Notes: generated from the sequence alone by a model not told the origin. Counted from the stretch's first letter, positions 1-21,341 are shown. The stretch: DNA of 64,000 nucleotides from Hormiphora californensis (GCA_020137815.1 CM035358.1:744001-808000), one strand, 5' to 3'. Numbers and translations: made by a program.

Positions 1-145
1 CCCCTACATAGCTGTTGTAAGATACTTCTTTCACAATTGTATTCTGAAAAAAAAACCCACAATCCTGGTGTGAACACAACCACTTCCACTTGTACAATTT
101 GCATGACAAATTGTTATATTATTGTTATATTATTGATTATTACAG

Positions 146-3100
146 GTGGAAAACGGGAAGGCATTTTGTCAGCTGATAGACGTGGTGTACTGCAGAGGTA
201 GCTACCCTACTTCCCTTCTCAAGGCATGGGATGAGTTCCCTAAACCAGAGAACGAGCGACCAGGTTAGAAAATATTTTGCATTTCCCAGAATTTTTCAAC
301 TAAGTAGAAATATATTCATTCATCTCCCAGGATTTTTCAACTTAGTTAGAAATATATTTATTCATCAGCCCGATTTTTTCTCTACTTACCCTTGAAATAT
401 GTTCATTTATTTCCCCGAGTTCATTCAATTCTTTTACCTGGATTTACATCGCCATGGTTTTGATGGTTAGGTGTTTTTTTTTCTTCTTGAACCTGATCCC
501 TAGACACCCTACCTGATTCCCCCCACCAACCCCCCCCCCCCCCCAGATACCCTGCCTGAGGATCAACAGTACGTTGTTTTACTATCACACTACAGTGGGA
601 TCCAGCTGGAGGAGTTCTGTTCCAACCACAAGCTCACCCCTGACGAGACGCACTCCATTTTGCGGCAGATTTGCTGCTCTCTTGCTGCAGCTGAACAGAA
701 GTACCAGTTTGAACATAGGTAATAGAGAGGGGGATCTATGGAAATTATAATCAAGAATGGGTACAGCTGTGGGTAACAAATGTCGAGGCTCCAGAGGGGG
801 GAGGAGGTTACAGAGAGGGGGAAGATCGGAGAGTGAGAGAGCAATGGGGTGGGATGAACGGTGCCGTTATTGCACCACTACTCTATTGGGGATTAATAAA
901 TGCATACATCATGTGGGTTACAGGATAAATGGGGTGGAGAGAGATATATCAGATATATTCATATATAATTCACATGATATTGCTTACCTTTTGAAATTTG
1001 CATTATTATGGCTAAAAGATGAATGAGTAAGAAAAATAATATTTTTATTGAAGCATAATAATAATAATAATAATATTCCGCGCTTATATACCGCCCATAC
1101 CCGACAGAGACATGCCAAAATATTGACGATGTTCCACCGAATCATCAGAGCGGTATATCCTCGACTAATTATATGACACACTCGAACAGCTCTGGTTGAA
1201 AAACAATATATAGATGACTAAATAAACTTGACTTATAAAACTGAGGGAATAACTGGTCCCATAATCCTGTAGATATAAATTAAAACACACTATACTCACA
1301 CCTGCTCGAAAAAAGGATACTAGGTAATGAATTAATAACATGGCTAGAGAGAGGATGACACTGATTGCCCGCAGGCCCCACAACTACAACAAACATTACA
1401 ACTCAGCCATGGGTTCCCCATCACCCACTCCAAATGCACCAACGAAGAGATGTGTTTTCAGCCGGGTTTTGAAAGTATCCACATTGGGGATTGACCTGAG
1501 CTCAAGAGGAAGCTCATTCCAGACAGAAGGCAGGAATACTGATAACCTCCTACGTCTCAACTTAGAGTTGGCATTGATACTGGTCATCTTTGGATGTTTT
1601 AACCTATAGGGATCTGGAACATTAGTCATCCTCGTTGTCCTAGAGGTTCCCCAAGTCTCATCACGTGGCACCAAATCCTGGAGATAACACGGGGCTGTTC
1701 CATTGACTATTTTATAGGCAATCAAACATGCTTTGAAGTCCAACCTGTAGGAGATCGGCAAAATATGACACTGCCTGAAATACTCCATGTAGTTGTCCTG
1801 GTGTCCGTGGAGGTTAAATACAAAACGAACACAGGCATTGAGAAGCTTCTGGAGCCCACTGAGAACTCGACCAGGAAGTCCACAATACAGAATGTTACTG
1901 TAGTCTATCCTCGATAAAATCAACTGTTTGACCAACATTATCTTTGTTGGGATATCAAAACACCTGTGCAGTTGCCAAAGGTTTCGTAACATCAGCCCAC
2001 ACTGTTTCCTCACATTGTTAACCTGTCGTTCAAGGCCAAGATTATGATCCAAGAGAATTCCCAGGGTTTTACCATCTGTTCCACTACATTCACTGGGGGA
2101 GATTTCCGTTCCTCCAAAGTTGATAACTGGATCAAAAGAGACTTTGCTTAGAGAACTGCGCTTTCCAAGCAGGATGAATTCCGTTTTGGCCTCATTACAC
2201 TTCAACCACTGCCCTACCATCCACTTCTTCACTTTCGCCAGACACTCCTCAATATCCACCTTTGCCTCAACCCAGCCAGCAGCATCCGTAGGAACCAGAC
2301 TCACGTAGAGCTGGGAATCATCTGCATATAACTTTATCCGGAGTCCATATGGCTCCACAATATCTTGTACAGCCTCGATGTAGAGAAGGAACAAAATAGG
2401 ACCAAGGAGGGACCCTTGAGGGACTCCACAAAGTAAAGCAAGGGTTTCCGAAAGGCAATCACCGACCGAAACTCTAAAAGATCTGGAACTCAAATAGCTT
2501 TTAAACCATCGGAGAGGTTCACCATCCACTCCAAACCGTTTCTGCAACACCTCCAACAACTTTCCATGGTCAACCGTATCAAAAGCAGCGCTCATATCTA
2601 GACAGATAAGAGCTACTACGTTTCCTTTATCCATTTCCCCTAGAATGTCATCGAACATGCTTGCCAATAGCGTTTCGCAACTGTGACCAACACGATAGCC
2701 AGACTGATGTTTGCCCAAAAGAGAGTTGCGGTCCAGGTAGTCATTGAGTTGCATAAATAAATTATGTAAGAATGTAATAGCCCTTTAATCTTCATTCGAG
2801 TAGAAAGGTAAAACAGTTCTTGCACCGGGTATTTAGGAGAGATATCATGCTTGATCATTTTATCGAATTCGCTGCTTGTTACTATACCACCGTATTTAGT
2901 ACCACTAAATACTCGGCTCTATATTTTATAACCCGGCTCTATATTTTATAACCCTTATCGGTATTCGGTATCGCTAAATTACCGAATTCCTAGCGCTCCG
3001 ACTCCGTTAAATATATATCAGCAACATTTAGATAATCTTCATTCTACCGCAAACTATTTGCCTGGCTAGACTGTGTTTCGGGCGCCGTAAAGGGAGGGTA

Positions 3101-4250
3101 AGAACATAACAACCAACTATCGATAGTATCTGACCTCCCAGCCCTACTTCTAAACTCTCTCTCCCCGTTATTACACCTAACATCCCAAACCTACCTCTAA
3201 ACAAACCGTTATTACAGGGACCTCCCAGACCTACCTCTAAACAAACCATTGTTACACCTAACATCCCAGACCTACCTCTAAACAAACCATTGTTACAGGG
3301 ATCTCCACTGGGGTAATGTCCTGATAATGCCAACTGATATCACAACCGTTGAGTTTACACAGGCCGGCAAGAGCTATATTTTCCGGTCTCATGGAATCCT
3401 CGCTACCATTATTGATTTCACCTTCTCCCGGATTGAATCAGGTAAATAGAGTGAATCGAGTCGGAGGCATTATATATCGCCTTCCAGGTGGAGATGTGAG
3501 TTTAGGAATAGAGATAAAAAGAAAGATAGAGAGAAAGAGTAAAGAGTACTTAAATTAATGTTTCCTGGACACTGCCAGAACTTGAGTGTGATAGATAGAG
3601 TCTAGAGATGAGGTAACGAGACTTATAAAATTATTTCTAAGTCTTTTCATTTCGTTCTGCTATATAACTAGAGTAAGACTCAAAATCTAAGCTACCCGCT
3701 ACCATATTCATCTCAATATAACCAGATTTAACATGTTAATAGATGCACCGGATGCACGAACCTACCACTCCAATCCACTCTCCCTATAATACTCTCTATC
3801 TATCTACCTCCCTCTCTCTGTCCCACTCCCTCTCTGACCCTATACTCTCCCCCCAGATGGTTGTCTGAACTTTGTCGATCTCGAGCAGGAGGAGTGGTTA
3901 TTTCAGGGTGGTATCAAAGCAGACCGGCAGATGCAGGTTTATAGGGATATGAGAGGGGCTTGTAGGAAGAATTGGGCAAAATTCTCGCCACGGGTAGGTT
4001 TACAACTGGAAGTAATTTTTTATTCAAAATCAGGATATACATATTTTACTCCGATGAATTTTATTTATTCGTACAAAATAATTCTCATCCCTTGCTCTCT
4101 CTCTTTCAGACAAATGTGTTATGGATTGTCTATCTATTGGATAAGATGCTGATAGGAAAGCGATCTTTAAAACTCCGAAAACTTCGTTCACTTCTTTCAA
4201 GTGCGAAGAGCGCTACGGACGCCCTTGCCATTGCTTTTCGTTCTTTGTGA
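146..4250 (+). CDS. HASPIN: Haspin (histone H3 Thr3) kinase, 5'-partial; exons 146-263, 547-718, 3299-3441, 3857-3993, 4110-4250
   Basis: GT-AG exons join in frame: CRGSYPTSLLKAWDEF..RPD..QYVVLLSHYSG..SLAAAEQKYQFEHRDLHWGNVL..ATIIDFTFSR..QMQVYRDMR..TNVLWIVYLLDKML. These are the haspin-specific motifs FEHRDLHWGN, DY/FT-x-SR and NVLW. Confidence 0.93.
1054..2757 (-). mobile_element. 5'-truncated L2/CR1-group LINE (RT C-terminal half, ORF 1396-2754) in a Haspin intron
   Basis: The ORF contains QSGYRVGHSCETLL, LDMSAAFDTVDH, GVPQGSLLGPILF and YADD. The 3' end on the minus strand is GCGGTATATAAG followed by a (TTA)n tail at ~1054-1076. No endonuclease domain is present. Confidence 0.92.
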
Positions 4251-4437
4251 CTTTCAAATTTTGGTGAAGTTTTTTAGAGAATTTCACTTTTTAATTCGGT
4301 ATTTGATTTCATTTTGTCTGTCATGTAATTTACTGATTTTGTTCAAAACTCGTTCCTTCCCATCGTGTCTTTACCCCCTCACCCTCTGTGTACCCCTCTC
4401 CCCTCCCTATAATCCCCATACCCACCAGTAGTGTAAG

Positions 4438-10764
<6,327 letters not shown>

Positions 10765-11286
10765 TTTGACAGAATCCAGAAAGTTGAATATAGAGGGACT
10801 GATATTGTGTGTGAGAGAGAATAAAAAGGAGTGACATAATTTTAATCAGCCGTGAAAAAGGACCAGATAAGCCTGGATCTGTTGTCCCCAGTTATTTTAT
10901 TATTAAATAGTTTATTTTCCCTCTTTTAACATTGTTCCGTTAGAAACTGTGTTTTGTTATGTCTCCCCGGGGCCGATGGGAAACGGAGTACTGTTTCCAT
11001 GGTAACACATAGTGACTGGATAATGGCTAACACGTGGATAACGGAATGGAAAAAGAGAGGGAGCATTCTGTTCCTTCTTTTTAGGGAGACATTTTACTTT
11101 GAGTTGTTTTGTCGGGGATCTTTTCGTGCCATGAGGGGACTGCTATTATAGCTGTGTCTGTAATCAACAATGTCTGTAGAATTGGAAACACGGGAACTAT
11201 GCTTGTCTAAAACGCAATAAATCTGAATCTATAATTACAATTTTCATATTCTACAGTCCCTCTTTTAATAGTCTCTCTGCTCTCCT

Positions 11287-14200
11287 TCAAACTTTGACAG
11301 TGACTGAACGTGTGCTGTCGGATACTCTTCGTTTTGTTGCTTTTGCCTCTTCTGAAACAAATCCAAATGTTAGGAGTAGAACGGGCAATTTTGCTAATCA
11401 CTAATTTAATTGGTATCGGTAGGAACGTCCCATCACTATGTGGGACACACGAGGTTGAGTTTCTAAAGCCCATCAACTAACTGACAACTTTTACTTTCAC
11501 CACTAGCCCCACTGCGCGCGTCACAAAACAATCAGAGCCCCCTCGCTCGCAGTCATGCAAGAAATCCCTGGAGTCGGAGATGTTAATTTTCTCAAACATT
11601 AATTATTATCGCCAAAATATCCTGAAATGGGCAAATATTAAATCCCTCGAAAGATAAGATTATGCTTCTAAAGGCTTCGGTAAACTTAAACCACTCACGC
11701 ACCACTTTGATTTTCATAATTTGACCCAAAACTACCGGGCCGGATGATTAACCAAGACAGCAATTTTAAGACAATTATAGTTAGCGTATATAACCATGAA
11801 ACGGTTATTGTAATTGGTTGTTCTCTGACAGGTTACTACCACTAGCCGGTAAGCGGAACGTTTATCGTGGAAATTATAATCAAGCCGAAACGTTAGAAAA
11901 TGATCCGTCCTCTTTTCCGTAGGAGAAGATTATGAAGTTTTTTGTTGTGCTCTGTGGCTCAGTCCGACTAAAAAACCGCACGATCAATTGAAATTGCGGG
12001 GCACACTCCGATATTAATCGATCGGAAATCATTGCGGTACAGGGAGAACTATATTTGAGAGAAAGGACGGTGAATCAATTAGTAAACATTATCTACTTTA
12101 TTTTCTGATATATGTAGTATTTTCTGTACTTTCAGTTCAATTCTGTGCTGCACAGCGGTAAAGTTTCATAAACCTCTCTAGTTGAAATCGGTTGGTCCTA
12201 AGATTCACTAAATTCATCTAATTACTCCAAAGGGAGGATGATTAGTGAAATGTAGTGCACTGTATCCACCCCTCACTGCCGGTACTTACTGAAGGCCAGT
12301 TGATGTGCAGAGTGGAGAGAATTGTTGAGCTTCCGGAGATTTTCACTGAAAGGATAGTAGCGTATATTAAGTAGTATCTCTCAACTAATTGCTTAATTAC
12401 ATATCTCTCTTTAGTCTTTAGAGCCCGTACTTTAGTACTACTTTAGTCACGGACGGAAATCTACGTTAATTATCGCTCATCAGTTTAAAGAACTTTACTT
12501 TCCAGATCAGTATTGTATGGAGTGCAGGCCCAAGTCTAGGTCAATAGTTGTCTATTTAATGGCAATTTATATCCTACCACGGCCTGGCTTGTTCAGTACC
12601 AGTTGTCTACCATTTACCAATTTATATCCTCCTTTTAGCCTATTATATCTAGTATCAAGAGCTCAACATCCATTAATTCTACTGCAGTTGTAGCTAGGCC
12701 AAGTACCACCGTTTAGTTCCACAACCAAGTTTCAATATCATTTTTATTTCTATCGTGGATTTTATCTCTATTGTTGCTTTTGCTTTATCTCTAAACTCAG
12801 GAAATATTGGTATTTGCAACCCATTTTCTTACTTGATAGCTTGTTTTGCTGATTCCAGCTCCCCAAGGTAGGCTCTCAGCTCCGGGCACTCAAGGGGTCG
12901 GGCTGTCAGTTTGCTGGTTCGGGATCCCACGTTACACTTGAAGCTGTGTCGTTTGTAGGAGAACACTAGAGTTTGTTGCTCCAGACTCACTGACCTCATC
13001 GACAGGAAGGGGGAGATCTGTGGAGGGGGGATGGTTTATCAGGAAGGGGGAGATCTGTGGAGGGGGGATGGTTTATCAGGAAGGGCGAGATCTGTGGAGG
13101 GGGGATGGTTTATCAGGAAGGGCGAGATCTGTGGAGGGGGGATGGTTTATCAGGAAGGGGGAGATCTGTGGAGGGGGGATGGTTTATCAGGAAGGGGGAG
13201 ATCTGTGGAGGGGGGATGGTTTATCAGGAAGGGGGAGATCTGTGGAGGGGGGATGGTTTATCAGGAAGGGGGAGATCTGTGGAGGGGGGATGGTTTATCA
13301 GGAAGGGGGAGATCTGTGGAGGGGGGATGGTTTATCAGGAAGGGGGAGATCTGTGGAGGGGGGATGGTTTATCAGGAAGGGGGAGATCTGTGGAGGGGGG
13401 ATGGTTTATCAGGAAGGGGGAGATATGTGGAGGGGGGATGGTTTATCAGGAAGGGGGAGATCTGTGGGAGAGAGAAGTTCTGAGAGGAGTATGTTGCAAC
13501 AAAATAGATCTGATATGGTGGGAGCTCTACACATGTGCGTGATCTAGTAACAAGATTTGAATTTTATTGACTTCATAATAGTCCATAGTAATTATCCTTT
13601 ATTGAACGTGACTTTGTAAAATTTCAATATTCAATACCAGGGAATCTAACAAGGCACCGATAAGTTCCATCTCCCCCTTACCTCCCCCCTCTCTCTCTTG
13701 CATGTAATAACTGCTCTCGATTTGCCAATTACACCACTAGTTAACATATTTCACGGCGTGCCCCAGAGTAGTTTAACATTTGTTTGAGTGAACACCTCCA
13801 ATTCCGGTTGTAACTGGTCGGGAAGACCTCCCTGAAGGTCGTGGCGGTGCGGGAAAAATAGGGTAGACCTGCTGCGGCTTCAGAAAATTGAGAAAAAGAT
13901 AGCTATCTTTTTTTTCACTTTGAAAATAAGACGTTTTTTATTAAAAGATTCTTGATCAGTGAGATACGGTTGTCCCCCACCTATTTTTTGACGTAGAATC
14001 GAATGCCGTTGAAGTCAAATCTCTAAAATGTTGGCAAAATGGAGAAAATCACGTTTTTAGGTGTTTTTTGGTGAAAAAAGCGTTCAAACTGGTAGTAGAT
14101 GATGGGATAGAGTCCCAAAAATATCATAAATCGATTTTTTGGGTCTTTTTCGCCCTAGGAACAGAGTTTCATGAAAATCTGGTACAACGCCTATTCTCCG

Positions 14201-15881
14201 TTTGCTTTCAAAGAAGGTGAATATTGCTCTAATTTAGCCAATTTTGAAGAAAAGGCGTCCAAAATGATACCAGTTGAAAGGATAGAGTCCCAAAAACGTG
14301 AAAATCATCAATTTTAGGCATTTTATACCCTAGAAACAAATGGACATGGTGGTCGAATGATATTTTTTATCTCGGTAGGCCTCTGAAGTATGTGGAAATA
14401 GCCACAATGTAGAGATTGTGGTAAATGAATGTGAATAACCGTTTACCAAACCCACTTTAGCACCTGCTAAGTTGAAGAGTGGCTCTTGCATAATCCAGAA
14501 GCCCATTAAAGTGGGTTTGGTAAACGGTTATTCACATTCATTTACCACAATCTCTACATTGTGGCTATTTCCACATACTTCAGAGGCCTACCGAGATAAA
14601 AAATATCATTCGACCACCATGTCCATTTGTTTCTAGGGTATAAAATGCCTAAAATTGATGATTTTCACGTTTTTGGGACTCTATCCTTTCAACTGGTATC
14701 ATTTTGGACGCCTTTTCTTCAAAATTGGCTAAATTAGAGCAATATTCACCTTCTTTGAAAGCAAACGGAGAATAGGCGTTGTACCAGATTTTCATGAAAC
14801 TCTGTTCCTAGGGCGAAAAAGACCCAAAAAATCGATTTATGATATTTTTGGGACTCTATCCCATCATCTACTACCAGTTTGAACGCTTTTTTCACCAAAA
14901 AACACCTAAAAACGTGATTTTCTCCATTTTGCCAACATTTTAGAGATTTGACTTCAACGGCATTCGATTCTACGTCAAAAAATAGGTGGGGGACAACCGT
15001 ATCTCACTGATCAAGGATCTTTTAATAAAAAACGTCTTATTTTCAAAGTGAAAAAAAAGATAGCTATCTTTTTCTCAATTTTCTGAAGCCGCAGCAGGTC
15101 TACCCTATTTTTCCCGCACCGCCACGACCTTCAGGGAGGTCTTCCCGACCAGTTACAACCGGAATTGGAGGTGTTCACTCAAACAAATGTTAAACTACTC
15201 TGGGGCACGCCGTGATTTAGGGAGCCTTGTGTTTGTCAAATTTGTTAGAATAGTGGACTCATTCGTGATGAATTGTACTAAAATCTAAGAAAGTCTAAGA
15301 AAATTAGTTGTCCCAAACATTGTGGACCACATTGTACGACTTACCGTGAAGTAGACGGGTTGAAAGGGTGGAGCGTGGACGTGAGGCTGGAAGGCGTCCC
15401 ATCTCCAATGTTTCGTTTTCAGCTCATCCTTGTTAAACACAGTCCCTTCCAGAGGCGTGCTCTGGTATTGTAACTGCAGTAGGGATAAGTAGTGTGTTAA
15501 CAAACAGGAAAATAATGTTTTACCTATTTTAGTGAACACAACTTTCTCTGAAGAATGCTGCTGGCCTTGGGGTTGTTTAGTTTGCCCTCTTTTTTGCTTG
15601 AAGAAGGGCCCATAAAAACTAGATAACCAAGGGGCACTCTAAGAAGTGGTGCAATAATCTCACCTTTCCATCCTCGTGATAGATGGTGCTCCGTCCATTA
15701 TGACTGCAAACCCCCACCAACCTTCCCTTGTCGCTGAGAACGTAGTAACAGAACATACCCGGCTGTTCCTGTCAGAGGGGGTTATTTTGGTTGCTTTGTA
15801 TAGGATTTGAGTAGGGTGGGGAGATATATTAGGGGAAAACAGTGGAGGGGGAGAGGGGAGAGAGACAGACAGACAGACTGC

Positions 15882-15968
<87 letters not shown>

Positions 15969-15969
15969 A

Positions 15970-16008
<39 letters not shown>

Positions 16009-19000
16009 GCTTCGTGCGGCTAGAGTTTAGGGGTGACTGCGTCACCAACTGCAGATACCTGTGAAATGATGATGGCGGGAGATCCAGAAGGGTAGTAGCA
16101 GGTACCAGTACCATCCTGTAGCATGGTCAGGAAAACAGCACCTGAATCGTAGTACCTGGGAAGAGGGAAGTTGTGGAGATAAGATGGTTGGGAGATAAGA
16201 TGGTTGGGAGATAAGATGGTTGGGAGATAAGATGGTTGGGAGATAAGATGGTTGGGAGATAAGATGGTTGGGAGATAAGATGGTTGGGAGATAAGATGGT
16301 TGGGAGATAAGATGGTTGGGAGACATGTATAGAGTTGTCTTCGCTTGCCTTGCTCGACCCTCTTTCCATGCACTCCACCCGCAGAAATGTAAAGAAGCGT
16401 TAGAACAAAACAAGTCTTCACTCAGGGTGCCCCGTGAGACAAATGATTTTATAACAAAGCATTTCAAAATTAGTTTCGCTAAAGGACAACTCTTCAACTA
16501 ACGGGTGACAACTAAAAATTGTTACTAATTTAAAACAGCTGTAGAATTTTTCCCTTTTGAGATACAGCTTCGGGCCAGTGATAGAACGATTTTTCAGATA
16601 ATTTTGAATCAGGATAACATAACGGAGATGACTAAAACGTTCATTCTCATAGCGATATCGGATCATTTCCTCTTGCCCCACCAAAGCATATAGTACGGAG
16701 ATTTGAAATTTCTATGTTATCAGAAACGACCTTCCCAATGAGATAGAATTCTCATAATTGGAAGTCTGGTTGTTCATGCCATAACCAACATAACTGCCAA
16801 GTTTGAAGATTTTGGCTCATTGAGAAGTTGGGTTTCCACGGTCATTAATGTTTCGAGAGATGTCGAAATGGCGATTTCTCCAATTACCTGTAAACTACGC
16901 TTTGTTACAGAAGATTCTGATCAGGAAATTAAGATTTATGAAGTTTGAAGCAAAGTTAATTTCGTTCAAAATTGTCTGAAAAATCATTCTATCACTGTCC
17001 CGAAGCTGTATTTCGACTAGAACAGGCGCTAGAGGCGCTAGAAAAACGTGTAGATTTCACGGACTACTGTAAAACTAGAAATTTTCGTGAGATTTTTATT
17101 TTCGCTCTTTATTAATTCCGCGAAAATATTTTGGACGATTTTTTACAGAAAATAATGGTCATGCATGACCACTGCTCTTATACGTGGCAAGGGATTCAGT
17201 AGGAGTTGTAAGCCAATGAGATGTGAGCCTTTTCTGTCTCATCCCTGATTGGCTATCTCTTAGAGCCAATCAGCAATGAGAAAATGCTCACATTTCATTG
17301 GTCTACGCCAAGCAGGTCTGGTGTCTCATGGCAATGATGACTGCACTCTTGGCGTAATTAGACAATAGACTGGGACCGTGAAATGGGGGTAGCAGTGGGA
17401 TTAGCGAAAATTAAAATCGCGAAAATAGTAAATTTTGATCGAATCGCGAAAATTAATTGCCTCGAAAATATCTAGTTTTACAGTATATGCTTTGGTGGGG
17501 CAAGAGGAAATGATGCGATATTGCTATGAGAATGAACGTTTTAGTCATCGCCGTTATATTTTTCTGATTCAAAATTGTCTGAAAAATCGTTCTATCGCTG
17601 GCCCGAAGCTGTATCTCAAAAGGGAAAAATTCTACAGCTGTTTCAAATTAGTAACAATTTTTAGTTGTCACCCGTTAATTAGACTAATTAGATTAATTAG
17701 AATCTAGTTTGTACCTGTGGAACTTGTGATCGAATTGTTGTTGCCAGGGTACGTTGAGTCCAGGTAGAGGATGGCACTGAGTCTCTGTAACAGTCTCAAA
17801 CAGAACCTACAGGATGGGAAGTTTTAGTTGGCAATGATTCGGTGGTTTGTAGGCCTATCTGGGTAGTATATTATAACAGGGACAGCTATTTCTTATTGAT
17901 GAAAAACTCAGAATAGTATGGAAAGATTGTAGATTGTACTATGTACAACAATGCATAGCATCCCACACGAACATATATTGAAAAACTTAGCAAGAAATAA
18001 AGGGAATTACATAATCCTAATATGTAATGAAGCTATGGAGCTTTTTATTGGAGTTGCAGAGCATATGAAGTCACGTTAATAAGTGCACAACTTTTTATTC
18101 TAAGCAATTTTACTATGTACTTAATTTCAAATATGTAGTGCCATTCCATACCAATATATCTTATACTTTATCTATATAATTCTCTTTCCAGCATTTCATA
18201 TTTCGTTACTCTATTTCTTCCGCTAATTGTACTAATTTTTCCACTCGACTTCATTTCTTCTTCCGACTTCCTCATTTTTCTCCTTCACCCCCTGTCCTAA
18301 CGATACGTCTCGTTATGTCTGTGCAAGCCATTATATATAGATGTTACCATGCCAGAGGCACCTATTATATTATACGCTAAGACCTCCATAATATATATGA
18401 CATTATTATGTGCCTAAAATTATCCTATTTGCATCTAACTAGTCACGTCTGGTAATGAGAATCTGATTGCATAATTATATTGCTCCTTTTTTATCCACCC
18501 AATCAAAACACAGACCAATCATAATTCCTGGAGGCATTTTCATGATTTACTGCAGATTGCAGAACATCACCTAACTGTAACCTATAACAGCCGCGGCGCT
18601 TGTGTCTGGAGCTCATGTCTAGACAAAATGCTAATTACACCAATTAGCATCATATACAGCATTGCACTGCAATTAGTATCATATCCTGAATATATATTGT
18701 TGCATCCTGTTGCTGCTGCAGCTCTGTTTATGACGCACACAAATCATGTAATTCTCTACCCAATCACACCTGGCCGTCCAGCTCTGCAGATTGCTTTATA
18801 ATGGCTGCAGCTGGAGAGTGCTGCTCAGATAGCTATAACTGACTTGGGGATTGCTTTGCTCGAACCTCTCTCTAGCTCACGAATATTGTAAATTAGAGAA
18901 CATTTTGAAGTGGGAGCTGAGGGAGTGTGAGTTGTGCTGCCGACTAGGGGGGTGTGTGTATTATCACTAATCACCTAGCTATGATCATTATCGCATTATT

Positions 19001-21260
19001 GTGAGCCCACTCAGCCCAGTCGTGATCTATAGGCTGCCTATATTATAGCCCGCGTCACAAATTGACATTATAGTGCGAATAATCAATAATTATTATTTTA
19101 CCTATTACTCTTCTCTAATTTTATCGGAGGTGTAAAGCGCTCTTAGGAGGCCTCACTTATTGAAGTGAGAGCAGAAATATGTTTGAGAAGTTATCATATT
19201 CTGAATATATTTATGTGGTTTACCCACATCTTACCCACATGTTTTGGGATGGTTCACACAAAACGTTTCCCTCGTTATTTTTAGAGAAGGTTTAATATAA
19301 AACCTCCATTTCAAAGATTTGCAATTAATACTTTTTTTTACGACGTTACATACGTTTTGGCCTTTGGTTCTAATTTCAGGATAGAAATCTTCCTTGCGTT
19401 TCAATAAAAATAGGGCAAGATAAAAAAATTAATCATTTAGATCATATTATATCGGTTCGAACCTCGGTGAGACGAATGGGAAAATCAATTAATGTATTAT
19501 ACATGACGTCTTTAGTTAGGCCACAGATCACGAACGGGCTCATTGTATCTCTAAATTTGGATCACGAAACAATAATTGGATTCATCACGTACCATGATTC
19601 GACTTGGTCCCCACTCCCCCTACCTCCCAATAATTATTTGGAGATGGTCCCCACTCCTCTACCTCTACAGTAATCCCATGTGTTGTACTTACAGGTTCGG
19701 GTGATTTGGGTGGTGGCTTGTAGTTGGTAACAGTCCACCCGTCCTCTAGACACTTCTTGGATGACAAAGCAAAGTTTATTGTCTTCATTTGACGAGAATC
19801 TGAAAAGAGTTTTGATATAATAGTCAAACCTTGATTTACCGGACTTCTCTCGGGGGAATGATAAATTCATGGTATACCGATGTGTAAATATAGGTCTTAA
19901 GGGGAAATATACATTCTATATATTCTATATTAGATTGAGGTCCGATAAATCGAGGTTTCACTGTAATTTGTAAACCACCTGGAATTCAGATAGATATGAG
20001 CTGAAGTTGTCTATAGAATCCATTTGACAAGTAATACACGGTAATGTCGTTAGGCCCGTTTGACAGGTCTTGCATGGCAGATAGAAACATGGGACGTAGA
20101 TATAATTGATATAAAGTAACCGATTTCTTAAGAACGTGGTATTATAACGTTTTAGTATTTTGATAATGTTTAGGAGTTGCAAGGAAGTGCAAACCACAAT
20201 TGGCATTATATATTGTAGTACTGCATCGATTAGCCGAGGCTGCATTATCTATAGGACTTTTAAATTGTGACTGAATAAACAGTCAAGTGATGCTAATAAA
20301 ATATTATGGTTTACTTATACTACTACATAGCACATGATTTTAGATAATTTTTAGTGGCATTGTCTCCAATTATTAAAAGGAGTTGTAGCAGCTCGTTAAC
20401 AATGATTTGATAATTGTTCTAACTCGATATATGTGTTGCTATATGTACAGGACGTGCCCCGGATGTTTTAATTGATTGCCTATCTAGCACTTCACAACTT
20501 TGTCTGTCCGCCATTTTTTTACTGTCAGTTTGAAAACAGTGTTAGAGTTTTAATCAGTTAATCCATGGTTCTCAGTACAATTTTTACTCTGAAATGACGA
20601 CTTATCGACACTATATAATGCTGCAATAATTATAGAATGACAAAATACCTAAATAGTAACCTAAGCTTGTCATGCGTAGGAAAGTCATTTATATTTTCGC
20701 TGTTAGTAACGTGTGTTAATATTATGCCTTAGTTAAGAAGAGGTCTAATTTAATAAGCCTTCCTTCCAAATATTGTTAAATAGCGCTGCAATTTGAACGT
20801 AGCCTAACTGTTGAGCAAGATCTTTATCATATTTTCGGTATAGAAATTTTCCTTGCGTTTCAATTAAAGTATACCGAGATAAGTTCATCAATCAATCCAA
20901 CTTAATCATTATACAGTTTAACCCATAGATAAGAGAGCGACAGAAGATTTGCCCTATTTGCTAATATATATAATAGTAGCTGATTTATCTTATATATAAA
21001 TATGTGTGCAGCAGCTGTAGCGGATTTGTCATATATTTCTCAATTTGTCGTTACACCTAATAATACAATTAGTATAGTGTTAATATTACACTCCAGAAGT
21101 GATGACTTCAGTAGAAAAGTGTAATAATGGTAGTCGGTACTCGGTAGTCGACAGTGGATATAATGTGAGCTATTATATAGGAGCTCATGACCGCTTTTTG
21201 TTTATATTGTACCTCTTCTCTAGAAAACGAGTTTTTCCTACCATCTCTCTCTATCTTTTG

Positions 21261-21341
<81 letters not shown>

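Noticed and set aside
13020-13547. Three overlapping repetitive ORFs
   Set aside because: They arise from a stop-free strand of the 37-bp minisatellite.
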